This document shows, piece by piece, positions 1-16,070 of a DNA stretch of 64,000 bases. Source of the DNA: Eledone cirrhosa (taxonomy: Eukaryota); NCBI GenBank assembly GCA_964016885.1, contig OZ024740.1, positions 256,432,001 through 256,496,000 of the forward strand, written 5' to 3'. Under the pieces are notes generated by a model that saw only the letters and a program-made list of their open reading frames with translations, searched no databases and had not been told where the DNA came from. The stretch's first letter is position 1. Each line of letters starts with the position of its first letter. Position numbers and translations under genes: made by a program.

Positions 1-1405
1 GATGATGGTGGTGATTGTGGTGGTGATGGTGGTGATTGTGGTGGTGATGGTGGTGATTGTGGTGGTGATGATGGTGGTGATTGTGGTGATGATGGTGGTG
101 ATTATGGTGGTGATGGTGGTGATTGTGGTGGTGATGGTGGTGATTGTGGTGGTGATGATGGTGGTGATTGTGTTGATGATGGTGGTGATTGTGGTGGTGA
201 TGGTGGTGATTGTGGTGGTGATGATGGTGGTGATTGTGGTGATGATGGTGGTGATTATGGTGGTGATGGTGGTGATTGTGGTGGTGATGGTGGTGATTGT
301 GGTGGTGATGATGGTGGTGATTGTGGTGATGATGATGGTGGTGATTGTGGTGATGATGGTGGTGGTGATTGTGGTGGTGATGATGGTGGTGATTGTGGTG
401 GTGATGGTGGTGGTGATTGTGGTGGTGATGATGGTGGTGATTGTGGTGGTGATGGTGGTGGTGATTGTGGTGGTGATGATGGTGGTGATTGTGGTGGTGA
501 TGGTGGTGGTGATTGTGGTGATGATGATGGTGGTGATTGTGGTGATGATGGTGGTGATTATGGTGGTGATGGTGGTGGTGATTGTGGTGATGATGATGGT
601 GGTGATTGTGGTGATGGTGGTGGTGATTATGGTGGTGATGGTGGTGGTGATTGTGGTGATGATGATGGTGGTGATTGTGTTGATGATGGTGGTGATTGTG
701 GTGGTGATGGTGGTGATTGTGGTGGTGATGGTGGTGATTGTGGTGGTGATGATGGTGGTGATTGTGGTGATGATGATGGTGGTGATTGTGGTGATGATGG
801 TGGTGGTGATTGTGGTGGTGATGATGGTGGTGATTGTGGTGGTGATGGTGGTGGTGATTGTGGTGGTGATGATGGTGGTGATTGTGGTGGTGATGGTGGT
901 GGTGATTGTGGTGGTGATGATGGTGGTGATTGTGGTGGTGATGATGGTGGTGATTGTGGTGATGATGATGGTGATTGTGGTGGTGATGATGGTGGTGATC
1001 GTGGTGATGATGGTGGTGGTGATTGTGGTGGTGATGGTGGTGGTGATTGTGGTGGTGATGATGGTGGTGATTGTGGTGATGATGATGGTGATTGTGGTGG
1101 TGATGATGGTGGTGATCGTGGTGATGATGGTGGTGGTGATTGTGGTGGTGATGGTGGTGGTGATTGTGGTGGTGATGATGGTGGTGATCGTGGTGATGAT
1201 GGTGGTGGTGATTGTGGTGGTGATGATGGTGATTGTGGTGGTGATGATGATGGTGGTGATTGTGGTGATGATGGTGGTGGTGATTGTGGTGGTGGTGATG
1301 ATGGTGGTGATTGTGGTGGTGATGGTGGTGGTGATTGTGGTGGTGATGGTGGTGGTGATTGTGGTGGTGATGATGGTGGTGATTGTGGTGGTGATGATGG
1401 TGGTG
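1..1405. repeat. Degenerate GGT/GAT trinucleotide minisatellite punctuated by GATTGT
   Basis: Continuous units of about 21-27 bp such as GGTGGTGATGATGGTGGTGATTGT. The V/M/I and SPPQ ORFs are by-products of the repeat. Confidence 0.9.
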
Positions 1406-1636
1406 TTCGAGGACGATGATAATAGCTGTGGTGATGGTGATGGCAGAGATGATGAGAATGAGGATGGTGATGGTGAGGAGGATGATTATGATTATGAAGA
1501 TAATCGATAGTAAATAATATCAACCAACAATAATAATAGTGATAACAACAACAATAACTGAAACAATAACGATAACAACATCATTGGTAACAGCAATAAT
1601 CCTAATAATGATAACAACAACAACTATAACAGCAAC

Positions 1637-1692
<56 letters not shown>

Positions 1693-3274
1693 CTATAGCA
1701 ACAACAACAACAGTTAGCAAATTCGATCAGGACAAGGTAGTTTTAAACAAAGTTTTTCTTCCTTTTCAATTGACCTTTCCGATTGAGTTCTCTGCTTGAC
1801 CTCTCCTAAAATGACCTTCCACACCGAACTTTTATGATTGATTAGACTGAGTGTTTCTTATTTATGTCCCTCCCTCTGACAATATCAGTGGATATTTATG
1901 ATTCTCATTGGCTAAGGTCAATAGAAGTTTGGCACACATAGAACGTAAAACGTCTGTTAAATGTTTGCTTCACGTTCTGCTTCTGCTGAATGGTTGGTAC
2001 TTTGGGTGAAATGGTGGATCCATTAATAATTTCTAGACGGAAATAACCATTCCGTCCTTCTTTTACTTGCACCAGCAAATCCCATTCTTCCGACCTTATC
2101 AGTAGCTTTCGTTCCCTCCACTCCCTTCTCCTCTTCACTCTCCCCCACAAAAGTAAAATCAACAGACTAAACTATTCGTAGGTTCACCCACAAAGAGATC
2201 AGTTTAGTCTCAAATATAAATCTACATTGTCATTGTTTTTGTTGTTGTAGCTTTTGTTGCTGTTATTATTGTTATTGTTTTTGCAGTTCTTGTAGCATTT
2301 CTTGTTGTTGTTGTTGTTGTTGTTATTGATGATTATGTTTTAATCTTTGTTTATGTTTTTGTTGTTGTGTTCAAGTCCTACTGAAGTCAACTTTACACTT
2401 CAACTTTCCGGGTTTGATACAATAAAGTACCAGTCATGTACTGGACACGATTTCATAGACGTTTCTCAGCCCCTAAAATTACTAGCCATGTGTTGTTGAA
2501 TACCACGCTAGCCGTAATGTAGTAGACCTGCCACCAAAGGTGTGACCATCAAACAGATGAGCATTTCGTTTTATTTGAATCAAAGCAAGTATATCTTAAA
2601 GAAGGGTTGTGAAATGGTAAAGTCGTTAGATCGTCGGATAGAATGTTTTGCGGTATTTGTTCCGACTCAACACTCTAAGTTCAAATCCCTCCGAGGTAGA
2701 CTGTGGCGTTCATCCTTTCGGGGTCGATAAATATGTATTAGTTAAGTATTGGGGTCGATTCTTCCTCTTTCACACTTACTCTCTATCTCTTTCACACTTA
2801 TTCTTTATCTTTCCCTTCTCTTCTCTGGATGAAATCGACTGTGTTCAGTTTTGGAGAGGAGATAGACTCTATCGGGTTTAAACATGCCCAAGAAATGCAG
2901 CGTGTCACTATGGCACCCTCACGTCACCATCAGAAGTTATGTTTGAAAATATGTGGGATAATCATCGCTGGATCTTTTTCAACGATCGATTTTTTTGATC
3001 AGGGATCACTTAAGGCATAAGGAATATGATTAAAAGTATAAATCGTTGAGTACCATCTATAAATAAAGATGTTAAGACCACTATTCAAGTTACTATTTTA
3101 TACTGTAAGGAATGTTGTGTGTAGATTCTGAGTTCAAATTCGCCGAGGTTAACTTTGAATTTTCATTCTTACAGAGTCGATAAAATAAGGTACCAGTGAT
3201 ACAATAGAGTTCTGACGGTCAAGCTTAAACCACTGTAATGCATTTTAGTTAGACCGCAGGGCCTATATGTCTAT

Positions 3275-5320
<2,046 letters not shown>

Positions 5321-6719
5321 CACACTTCTAAAAGTTTGTTTGTCCTTATAAGCTATTGTTTGTGTTGTAATGTAGGTATTATGAGTTATTTCATTAATTA
5401 AATCGAACGGAACTGCTTATCTATGTAGAATGGGGTGGAATTCCGGATAGCTTATGTTGTGTGATTCCAGTAGTTTGATAGTTTTAAAGGGTGGGTATAT
5501 GGGGGTTGTTGGCTCTCTGAACAAGGAGATATATTGATTTGGGAAACAACACCACCAGTAGCAGCAGCAACGTTAACACCACTTACAACACCTGCACTAA
5601 CATCAACATCAACCTCACTAACAATACAGCTACCAACACTTACCAACATCACCAACAACATCGACCTCCCTGACACCATAACTATCATCACCAACGTCAA
5701 CACCAACACCAATATACCCACTAACACCACAATCACTAACACAGCGCTATCACAAATACCAACACCACTACTATCAACATCAACTTTAACACATCATTAT
5801 CATCATCACTAACACCAACACCACTAATGTCAACATCAACATGAAGACCAAAATCAACACTAACGCTGCACTGTCATTATCACCGACACTACCACTGTCA
5901 AGACCAACACTAACACAGCACTACCTCCAACACCAATGCCATCATTACTATCAACATTACGCCAATAATAACACAATCATTACAACTACTGCTATTATTA
6001 CTATTAACACCACGTCTAAATAAAGGTGGGATGTCAGATGTAAAATACTTATGACCATAGTTCTGCTCGGTAAAAGGCATATTGACGATTGAAATAGAAG
6101 ATTCATTGTCGGAATCGCCGGAAGTCCAACGCAGTATATTACAACAATACATGTCGAAACACTGCCTTGTCATATGAGGTACTACAAGAACATCCACATT
6201 TTAAAGATTATATATTTAAAACCTACAAGTATAGAGAAGACACCGCACTCAAACATTCTTAGTATTCTTCAGACAATGCTACACAACTACTCCAACACTT
6301 CTTGAATCCTCTAGAAATCTGGTTCAATAATAACACACGTTAGGGGATAAGAAACAAATTTAATGTCTAGCGTCTTAGGAAGAACACTAGAAAAGTTAAA
6401 TGCAATCCGCCACCACACTCGGCAACAGAAACATATCTCACATAATCATCATCCTCATACTGCGGCCTCGTGTGAAATAGACTCAACGCTAGATATCCAC
6501 ATGGGTCTGTCGCTCATGGCAGTAGCTAAGTTCTGAATGTGAACACCAGCATCCCTGGCTACAACATCTGGATATGAGAGCTTGCTGCGACCCTTTCGTC
6601 TTGAGACAAGTGCAGGTTACCAAAGCATCAAAGAGGACACAGCTTATTTGAGGCCCGATGACAATGACCAGCAAAACCTACCCTCCTACGTACATCCGTT
6701 ACCTCACATACATAGAAGA

Positions 6720-6990
6720 CACATAGACTACAATTGCTCCACAACATTCACAACACACATAGGAGACATAGCAAAGAAAGCCAAATGATATACAGACATA
6801 TTGAGAGCAATCATAGGTAACACATACAGAAATATTGAGAACAAGAAGAAACAACCAAAGAGTTATACACACATACTGTAATCACAGGCAGAATATTTCA
6901 CCAACGGAAAGAAACAGCAACAGTGATGTACAACCAATACGCATTAGATCAATCATGGGCTATGCTAGTCTTACCTGGGCTCTGGGCCCA
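6720..6990 (+). mobile_element. Highly decayed LINE fragment, region C-terminal to RT (I/Jockey-like)
   Basis: Translated pieces TTFTTHIGDIAKKAK*YTDILRAIIG and IRSIMGYASLTWA resemble the post-RT helical region of non-LTR elements. Confidence 0.45.
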
Positions 6991-7734
6991 CAACAACAAC
7001 AATTTTCCACAAAAATATATTATATCATTGATTTTTAAACACCCAATTCATATTTTTCCCTTTATAATCCCATGTTTCTTTAATTCCTCAACATTTCAAA
7101 TAGTTATCTAATGATTTTTCACCCCTATTAACACGAGTGGGATTTTGAAGCCTCAATAATTATATAGTAGAAATTAAGACTGAAGCAGCATTTTTTTTCC
7201 CGTGTTTGTGATCGCCATTATTGTTGGGTATATGAGTATGTCATTTGATATAAACACAGTATACACACATATATATATATACATATATATATGGGGGGGG
7301 GGGGGTATAGGTATGTTTCTATGTATACACTACCATAATACCAGGAAATATGATGGTGTTATAGTTAATAAATATATGATTTAATTATTCCTTGATTACA
7401 CTATATGTGCAGACGTATGACTGCAAGTCCACTTATATTTTATAAAAACCAGAAAGAGTCAAATGTAACCGACACCGAAATAGGTTGTAAATGTCACAAT
7501 ATGTAGACAGAAGACTCTGGAAATGTAGTCAGTTAAAACCAGTTAGTATATGACCGGAAATTAATTTATTGATCTCAGGAAGAATGGAAATCAGAGTCAG
7601 GGCAAGATTTGAACTAAAAAACGTAAAATTATGTAACAAACTAATGGAAATCATTTAACCCATCACAACATATTTTCTTCTACCACCTACCACCATGATG
7701 TGGATGTTTAGCCTCCGCCGGTTTTGTTGTTCAA

Positions 7735-7975
7735 ACAATCGAGCATCCTACTCATGAAATTAACCTTCGAATGTTTGAGCATTCTACAGACACGAGTATC
7801 CTTAATGTAGTTCTCAGGCAAATTCAGCGTAATCCAGTGTGTGATAAGCTGGCTCTTTTGTATTGCAGGTATAACTAAATTTTTGCCAGCTGAGTAGACT
7901 GGAGTAATGTGAAATAATGTGCCTCAAAGTATCGAACTCATGGGCTGAAAACCTTAACCGCTAAACTACGCGCCT
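7735..7975. mobile_element. Second, older SINE-like family; related fragments at about 18130-18360, 19245-19350, 35565-35760, 53400-53580 and 54800-54950
   Basis: The motif GCTGAGCATTCCACAGACACGTGTACCCTTAA(C/T)GTAGTTCTC or its reverse complement recurs in several copies. A tRNA-like head is seen at 35570-35630. Confidence 0.6.
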
Positions 7976-8462
7976 TCAAAATGATTATGATTATGGTGGG
8001 GGTGGGGGTGATGATATGATAATGTTAACGGCAAAGATTCAATGGCATGATAGTACACACTTGGCGGTGTGACGTGGATAGCAAAACGAATCATGAAAGC
8101 GTCCATAGGAAAGTTTTCCGAAGAGATAAACATCATAATTAGTTAGGTTTGTAATTAACAAACGAATATATCTTATAGTGTGGTTTATGAATTAAGATCT
8201 GTCTTAAGATAAATGGTAAAAATTAAGAGACAGCAACCGTCGTTCGTTTCTAAAACTACTTCGTATCTCCCGCCCCTCTATCTCCCTCTCTTGCGCGCCA
8301 GATGTCGCCACAAACAGCAAAACGGTATTTGAATAACTTAGAGAAGTTTTACATGATAGCAAGTATTAAGTTCGCGTGCGCGCATATGTTACTGCTTGTG
8401 ATTCTATATGTGTTGTGCGTTGGGTGGGGTGTTGAGGTGGAGATGGAAGTGTGAAGATGTCT

Positions 8463-8508
<46 letters not shown>

Positions 8509-9035
8509 GTAGTAATAATAATAATATTATTAATAATTGGAGTATTAAAACTGCATTATTGGATGGTTGAAAGCTTAATGCAATGGAGTTCACGCAGAGC
8601 TGTTAAATATTAATTTAAAAAAAACGAAGATTCAAGGAATTGTTAAACTGGCATATGTTTCTGCCGGCCTAAACTCACCCTAAGGTCATAATATTACAAT
8701 TCGAAAATTCGAAAATTCAAAATTTTTAAATTTTATTGTTTTATAACTTAACCTTCAGGTGTTGGTTCAAGGTCGGCACCATCAGAGTTTATTAATGCAT
8801 CATCAACATTTCACATAGATTGAAAGTTGATTACTCATTTTTCATTCACCATAACAGCAGATTACAAGGATACTAAGAAAATTTCAAACTTTCCATCAAA
8901 GTATATTAGAAAAATCTACCCGTATGTTAATGGAAAGAAATTTTGTCGGCTATATAAATCAGAAAACTGGAATATACTCTCTCAAGTACCTGTATATATC
9001 ACTGTTGTAACTAATTATGTATATATATATATATC

Positions 9036-10760
9036 GGGTGGACGGGAAGCACGGGACCTCATCCCACCCCTAAATCTCTCATGTGGCGCCAAGCACCATT
9101 CCCTGGTAAACCGTTTCAGCTGGTGGACTAAACCATGTGAAGGGGCAGTGTTAACTGGGCGAAGATCCTCCTGATGTAGGTATTTAGCCAGGACGGATGA
9201 ATTCCCAGACGAACTACAATGAACGGATCACCAATGACAATACCAGCTCGATTATCGCTCGGGTTAACTAGGACCACACCATCCGTTGTACATCAGGTCT
9301 TAGGTGTTAATTGTGCAACTGAAATCTCGTCGAAAAAGATCCTTATGAGGAAGAACATCACATCTGCCACATTGGAACGTGAGAACACTTTCCCAACTTG
9401 GCAAACTGCAGGAACTCACAGATTAACTGGAAAGATACAACTAGCACATCATCGGACTTTATGAGGTCAGATGAAAAAATGTCGGTGAACACTTTACCGA
9501 TGAAAGTCATGAACACTACTACAGTGGTGAACCTGACAAACATGTGCATGGCGTACATTTTCTTGTCAACAAGAAGATCAAGAATGCTGTACTTGGGTGC
9601 CACCTAGTATCCAGCAGGCTCATCCCCATCCACCTTCGATCAGCACCATTGAACATTATAGCGATACAAGCCTACGCACCAATTATGGACTATGAGGATG
9701 ATCAGATCGAGGAATTCTACACAAAACTCCAGGACATTATCTATAAGGTTGATAAAAAAGATATCTTTACCATACAGGGAGACTGGGATGCCAAGATGGA
9801 CGAGGATGCACTGAAACACTGGCGGAGATTCTGTGGACCCACCTGTAAAACTGTAACCAACGAATGAGGACTAGACCTGCTTGAATTTGCCAGTTACAAT
9901 GACATGGTGCTTGCTAACATACTTGACGAGGACAAGGTATTACAGTACTGGACGTGACACTGCCCCAATGGAATACCGCACAAGATTGATTACATTATGG
10001 TGAAGAACCGGTTTCGGTCTGGAATCAGCAGGGCCAGAACAAGAACTTTCCCAGGTGCAAATATAGGGAGTGTCAATGACTTGGTGTTGCTGAACTTCAG
10101 TGTCAGGTTGAAGAAGATCATGGAGCATAAGAACACCAGGCTGAAGTTCAACATGAGCAGGCTGAAAGACCCCTACATCGCCAAATCCTTCCAAGTAACT
10201 GTTAGTGGAAAATCTGCAGCTCTGCTTAGACTCGAAGAGGATGTTGAAATGATAACAGCAAAGTTGAAGGCGGTGATGACAGAGTCAGCAAACAACATTT
10301 TAGGGAAACACCAGAGGAAACCTTAACCTTGGGTCACAGAAGAAGTTCTTAAATTGTGTGATACAAGAAAAGAACAACAAAAAATCAAGAATACACCACC
10401 TGTAACACCATCTTACAAAGAGATCAGTAAGAAGATCAGGAAGGGGATGAGGAAGGCCAAAGATGAATAGATAGAGAAGCAGTGTACAGAGATGAAAGAG
10501 TTCTTGAAAAGGAAGAACAGCAAGAGGGCCTTTCAAATTGTGAAATACCTCACAAAACACTATCTACGACATGCAAGGAAAGTGCCTCACGGAAGAAAAC
10601 GTCATCACCGAGAGATGGATAGAATACTGCTCAGAGTTGTACAGCCATGAGACCCATGGAGACCCCAGCATGCTCATCAGTCAGGAAGCATCAAACGAAT
10701 ATGACTTTCCAGTCTTGCATGAAGAAGTGGAGATATCAGTAAAATCGCTGAAAACACAAT
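9036..10760 (+). mobile_element. RTE-clade LINE, 5' region with AP-endonuclease domain; frameshifted and 3'-truncated
   Basis: TWNVRTL-like start, GVHFLVNK, IQAYAP, IQGDWDAK, IDYIMVKNRFRS, PGANIGSVND and ERWIEYCSELY. The sequence stops before the RT. Confidence 0.88.
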
Positions 10761-10764
10761 AACT

Positions 10765-11730
10765 TAACAAACCCAACTAAATTAAGATGAATAGTAAAAA
10801 CAGGCGTAGGTAAAATACATTCTTCAATCCTCCGTTCAACCTAGATGTTTCAACTAAGACACACAAAATATTTTCTTTCTGTTAGATAGGAATTTCCTGC
10901 CAAGACATAAATATCATAAATTAATTAACAAGAACACCATAAACCTATCTTTCTCGACTAATACTAATACAGCCACACACTTAGCATTTAGCTAAAAAGA
11001 CAAAAATAAAGAAACATACGCAATCCTCCACATTGAATAAACTTGTTGAACAGGTTTATGGAATACCTCATTGTAGATGTTAATTTCCATACTGAAAATA
11101 TAAATTTAGACACCAGACCTAATGAGATCATCTCCCTTAACACCATGAATACACAAAGGAATTCTAATAATATAGGTAGGGATAACATTCCCCCAAAATA
11201 GTACAGATATTAACCCAATAAACAATATATCTAACCGCAATGGGACTAAAAACCCACCTAGTAACAACCAACCTAAACAAAACTCCTATAATAACCTTAA
11301 CTGTAATTGTAGAAATAAGGTAAATTACCTACTTAAGAATAGATGCCTAACTAAAAACATTGTGTACGGATGCATAGTAGCTGCAAAGAATACATCCAAA
11401 TTATATATAGGTGCAACTGCCAATAATTAAAAAAAAAAGGATAGTATGCCCACACCCATTCGTTTAGAAAAAAAAAACAACTCAAACATGTAACATCTTT
11501 ACTTAGTGTTGCCTGAGAATTAAAAAGTAAAAATATACCGAACGCATTACACAGGGAATTTTTAACTAGGGCACCCTCATACAGTCCCACAAATAAAACT
11601 TGTATATTATGCCTGTTAGAATCTCAATTAATCATTAAATATAGCCCGGATATCGTGAACCGTATATCTGAAATCGTTACAAATTGCTCCAATAGGCTGT
11701 TCCGATCGTTTGAATACATATCGGTTATCT
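10765..11730 (+). mobile_element. Decayed Penelope-like element (Naiad-type): thumb, linker and GIY-YIG endonuclease
   Basis: FFNPPFNLDVST, HKYHKLINKNTINLSFST, NCNCRNK..LKNRCL, IVYGC..LYIGATAN, YAHTHSFRK and CILCLLES, with stops and frameshifts. Confidence 0.85.
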
Positions 11731-11866
11731 ACCAATCCTAGCTCCATAAGTAAGACTACCCAGGTATGGCAACTTTAGATATATAGAACAATAACAGTAT
11801 AATTAAACACGTAATAAGAGTGGAAGGTTAACCTAAATGCGAACTTCTAAGTGGCTCCATTTGACA

Positions 11867-12051
11867 TGGATTGGCAGTATCGGTAGAGAGTCGGACGCCA
11901 TGCTTAGCAGCAAAAAGTTACGGCCCTTTATGGTCTGAGTTCAAATCCCGCCGAGGTTAACGTTGCCTTTCATCCTTACGGGGTCGATAAAACAAAGTTT
12001 TCAGTAATGTACTGGGTAATTGCTGGCCTTGTGCCAAATGTAGAAACAATT
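11867..12051 (+). mobile_element. tRNA-like SINE of about 185 bp (SINE family 1)
   Basis: A box TGGCAGTATCGG, B box GAGTTCAAATCC, central GCCTTTCATCCTTACGGGGTCGATAAAA and tail GTAGAAACAATT. Confidence 0.9.
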
Positions 12052-14014
12052 ATATTAGGCAACATTCCTCCATTGAACATCGCAGGTAGAGTGCCCAAAT
12101 GTATAAAGTATAAGCAATGAACTATTCCCTCACAAATTGAGAACCCTAAAGTGGCCCCATTTAGCATAAGTATATGTATACACACACAGTGATAATATTA
12201 GGCAATATTCCTCCACTGAATATCGCAGCTAGGGTCCAACATAGGGCAATTTCATCAAAATAATGATCTAGTAAACAGTACTAACCCAAAATATAATCCC
12301 CTTAGACAAGGAAATCACCCATATTTTGAGCGTGCATATGATTCAGGTAGATAATCGACCTTGCCGTGAACCCTTATGATACCTTAGTGCATTTAGTATA
12401 AGCATCGGACCAGTGCCCTACAAATAAATATTAAATCGTGCATGGTATAATTGGGGGTATCTTCCTCTAACTCAAGGTAAGTTAGACACCAATAAACCTT
12501 GTAGCACTAAACACTAGGTATTGCCACAAACATTTAATCAGGTCGATAGATTACCCCAAATTGTTAACGCTAACACTCTAATTTAGAAAATACCTTCAGT
12601 ATACTGATCGCTTAATTTAAACCCTTTATCATTTTTGCTGCCACCCATAGTAAAACTGTAAATATTATAACTAAATTAGCTGGAGTATTTGGGAATCTTA
12701 ACCTCAACTAAAACACTTCTTGTATTGTAGGCTTTATATCCTAATCTCCCTAGGTGACATTCCTTAGGGAACTACCCCTGGAACATCATCAATAAATTCA
12801 CTGATATTAACTTTGTATAATGAAACCTTAACAATTAAAAAGTTGAATTAAAACATCAACCCTATATCAAAATCCCGAGCAACGCCGGGCCATTCTGCTA
12901 CTAAAAACTAAACCGTGTAGTAACTTATATTTATAACTATATGAGGAAATTCACTGCCCATATATGGTGTGAGGGATAACTGTAAATTCCCGAATTACAT
13001 GATTACTCCCATTTCACTATTTCTCAAGTAATAATTTGTTGTTATGACGAACTATAGACCACCCTCTGTCATCTTAACAATACTAAAAACTGGGACAATT
13101 AGTAAAACTATAAAGGTATAATTAATTTAATTAAGTAAAATTCATAATTTATAACAAGTGTGAAGTATATACTGGAGCAAATTTGTCAAAATAAGTACTG
13201 ATTTTTTGTGATTAGATTTAGTAAAAATACGGTAAAACATTTCTATATTGTAAATAATAATAGAAGAGTATTTAATAAACAAAACGAATAATAGTTATCG
13301 TTATTACGTTAAACAAAACTATATAGTTGTTTTTGCCCCTTCATGTCATAAGCTATGTTACCGGTGCTATTAGAGGCAACACCAAAATCAACCTGGAGTA
13401 TATCAATGAATCAAAACAACGAAGTGAATTACGGCCTGTTGTAATTCATGTAAACAGACCCACTTGTGTACTTCGTCGAATATACTAAATTGTCGGTGAT
13501 AAACTAACACATACTCTAATATATATATATAATAAATATTTGCTCTACGGTTCTTATATATTTGATATATATTTATCCTTATCGAGCCCTCTTTGGATTT
13601 TAGTCTTCAAATTTATTATCATACATATATATACATACATATATACATGGTGACTGCCAACTCGTTTTCGAGTACGGCCACTACTTTATATCCGTGTAGG
13701 AGAACCCCTACCGATGCGCTGAACGAGTGTGACTTTTTAGTCCAGCCAGCGACTTGAAAACTCTGGTACAAACACTACACTTGTGACAATTATTGACACA
13801 TAGTGCTGGGCCCATGGTACCATGTGACGACAAGTGCAGAGAGATATCCAGATATAAAGCAATGCCTGTGCCGTGAAGCTTTTATAGTGAGCAAAGGCAC
13901 TGCACAAAGCCAGTCCCACTCTCTTAACCAAGATGATACATACATACGTATATACATACATATATACACGAAGGCAACGTATCGGGTCATATTTTGGTCT
14001 CTATATTTTTCTTG

Positions 14015-14440
14015 GATTTGGGCAGACCATGTCTCGTGCATGAATGATTCTAGGATGCCAAGGTCAAGTACGGCGAATTACCTCAATGCAAGCGAAAACA
14101 AGAGGCACCACAAAAACGCTTCATGGTCCAACTTAAGCCCCAGCTAGTCCAAAGCAATATTGATCACAGGGAATGGGAACACCTGGCAGAGAGAAATGGA
14201 GAGCGATCATCAAAGCAGCAGCAGCTAGCTTTGAAGAAAACAGGGAGGCTACAGCTGAAGACAAACATCAAAGAAGAAAGCTGTCCGCCACCCAACCACC
14301 AACTGACCAAGCACACACTTGCTCCAACTGTACCAAATCATGCGGGTCCAGCAATTAGTCTCTAAATCCACCCCAGGGCGTGCCGCCACACATAACAGGA
14401 CAGCAACTTTCCCACTGATCTGCGCAAGCGAAGAATTCCC
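14015..14440 (+). mobile_element. RTE-group LINE 3' fragment with C-terminal zinc-finger-like motif
   Basis: WADHVSCMNDSRMPR, IDHREWEHLA, WRAIIK and HTCSNCTKSC. Confidence 0.75.
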
Positions 14441-14804
14441 TATTCACACATTCATTCACGTATATATATACATAAATAAATGCATACATATATATATATA
14501 TATATACATATACATACACATATATACAAACACACATACATACATACACATAAACACATATACACACACACATAAATATATTTATATATGTGTAATGGTA
14601 TCGTGTCCCATGTACGTCAATACTCATTCATTTTTCCCTTCAGGGTTTTTTTTTTTATTTCAACTAACAGACTAATTCTATTTAGTCAATCAAATACGGC
14701 GTAAGCACATGTTACCACCTAATTTTCAAATTCGCTAGCCGCTTCTAAACAAAGCTAGCTTTGTGTCTCCCTATTTATACACACACACACACACACGCAC
14801 ACAC

Positions 14805-14883
<79 letters not shown>

Positions 14884-15021
14884 AATAAATATACGCGGGT
14901 GTGTATGATTGTGTATAGAAGATTATATTAATAAAAAGGAATTCCAACTTTGTCTGATTTACTCGTTTTATTTACAATCCTTTAAAATTTATAATGGTAT
15001 TAGAATGAAATAGTATGGTAG

Positions 15022-15988
15022 AATATTAAATGTTAATTGAGCAAGTACTTTCATGCTTTCGCAATTTTCAGGGTCATATTCTGTGGTGACAGTCAAGTTT
15101 GCAATTTTCAACTGTAATGAGATGGGTAAATTGTGTGCCTTATATACAGTGAAAAGTGGCTACAGAATGCTAGTATTTCGACCAATCGGTGTGTAGTTTC
15201 ACTGGATTACTAAAGCTGATTGGTTTAGGCGTCACAGTTGGTTGAGCATATCTAAAGACTACTATTTGACCCTATCCAAAGCATCAATTGTTTTGCTATT
15301 TTTTGAAATGATGAAAATAGGATTTTCTAGTAATCATCACCATCAACATCACTTTTATTATTATTATTGTTGTTGTTGTTGTTAGTGGTAGTAGTAGACA
15401 TGGTCATAGTCATAGTCATAGTAGGAGTAATATCCCATTATTATTGCTCATTTAGCTTGGGTTTGAATTTATCAATAAAATTCTTTTCTTTGGACTGTGT
15501 AATTTGTAGAATGGAAATATAATAAATATTCTCTGTCCATATGTTGTTAGATGGTCACTCAGGGATATCTAACAGACATTTGGGTCTCTGATTTGCTGTC
15601 GGTGCACCCATGCACGTTCCGATAGTGCGTCTCCAGTTTGACCGACATATAATACTTCACAATTCGGGCATTTAATGCAGTAAATTAGATTTCTGCTTTT
15701 GCAGTTCATATTTGCATTTGGGAATATTTTTCCAGTTTTTGTGTATGGATTGACATGCTCAACCAACCGTGACGCCTAAACCAATCAGCTTTAGTAATCC
15801 AGTGAAACTACACACCGATTAGTCGAAATACAGTTTGCAGAATATACCATTCTGTAGCCCCTTTTTACTGTATATAAAGGCACAACATTTTTCCATCTCA
15901 TTACAGTTGGAAATTGCAAACTTGACTGTCACCACAGAATATGACCCTGAAGATTGCGAAAGCATGAAAGTACTTGTTCAATTAACAC

Positions 15989-15995
<7 letters not shown>
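15022..15995 (-). mobile_element. 5'-truncated PLE: GIY-YIG fragment between inverted pLTR arms of about 230 bp (15022-15249 / 15755-15995)
   Basis: The minus ORF reads NCKSRNLIYCIKCPNCEVLYVGQTG..VHRQQIR. The arms are reverse complements of each other. Confidence 0.85.
15942..15980 (+). ncRNA. Candidate minimal type I hammerhead; mirror copy 15038-15076 (-) has G8A
   Basis: tgacc CTGAAGA ttgc-gaaa-gcat GAAA gtac TT gttca. Stem I has one mismatch. Confidence 0.55.

Positions 15996-16069
<74 letters not shown>

Positions 16070-16070
<1 letters not shown>

Noticed and set aside
2-1523. 502-aa V/M/I ORF and 298-aa SPPQ 'extensin-like' ORF
   Set aside because: The frames are open only because the trinucleotide repeat lacks stops. 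There is no signal peptide, splice evidence or unique flanking domain.
5452-6023. Thr-rich mucin-like ORFs (also 21470-21853, 55540-56850 and 57411-57850)
   Set aside because: Degenerate (ACC/AAC/ATC)n low-complexity DNA with stops and no gene structure.
6076-6178. catat-TGACGA...GAAA cactgccttg TC atatg hammerhead-like arrangement
   Set aside because: C3 is missing and no stem II can be paired.
9036-9172. Possible HDV-like ribozyme in the RTE 5' UTR
   Set aside because: I could not build the nested double pseudoknot (P3/L3/P1.1) by eye. A descriptor search would be needed.
11867-12051. tRNA gene
   Set aside because: Only A and B boxes are present within a multi-copy SINE, with no cloverleaf.
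12795-12850. Possible HHR downstream of the PLE at 10765-11730
   Set aside because: The core reads CTGATAT and the NUH site is defective.
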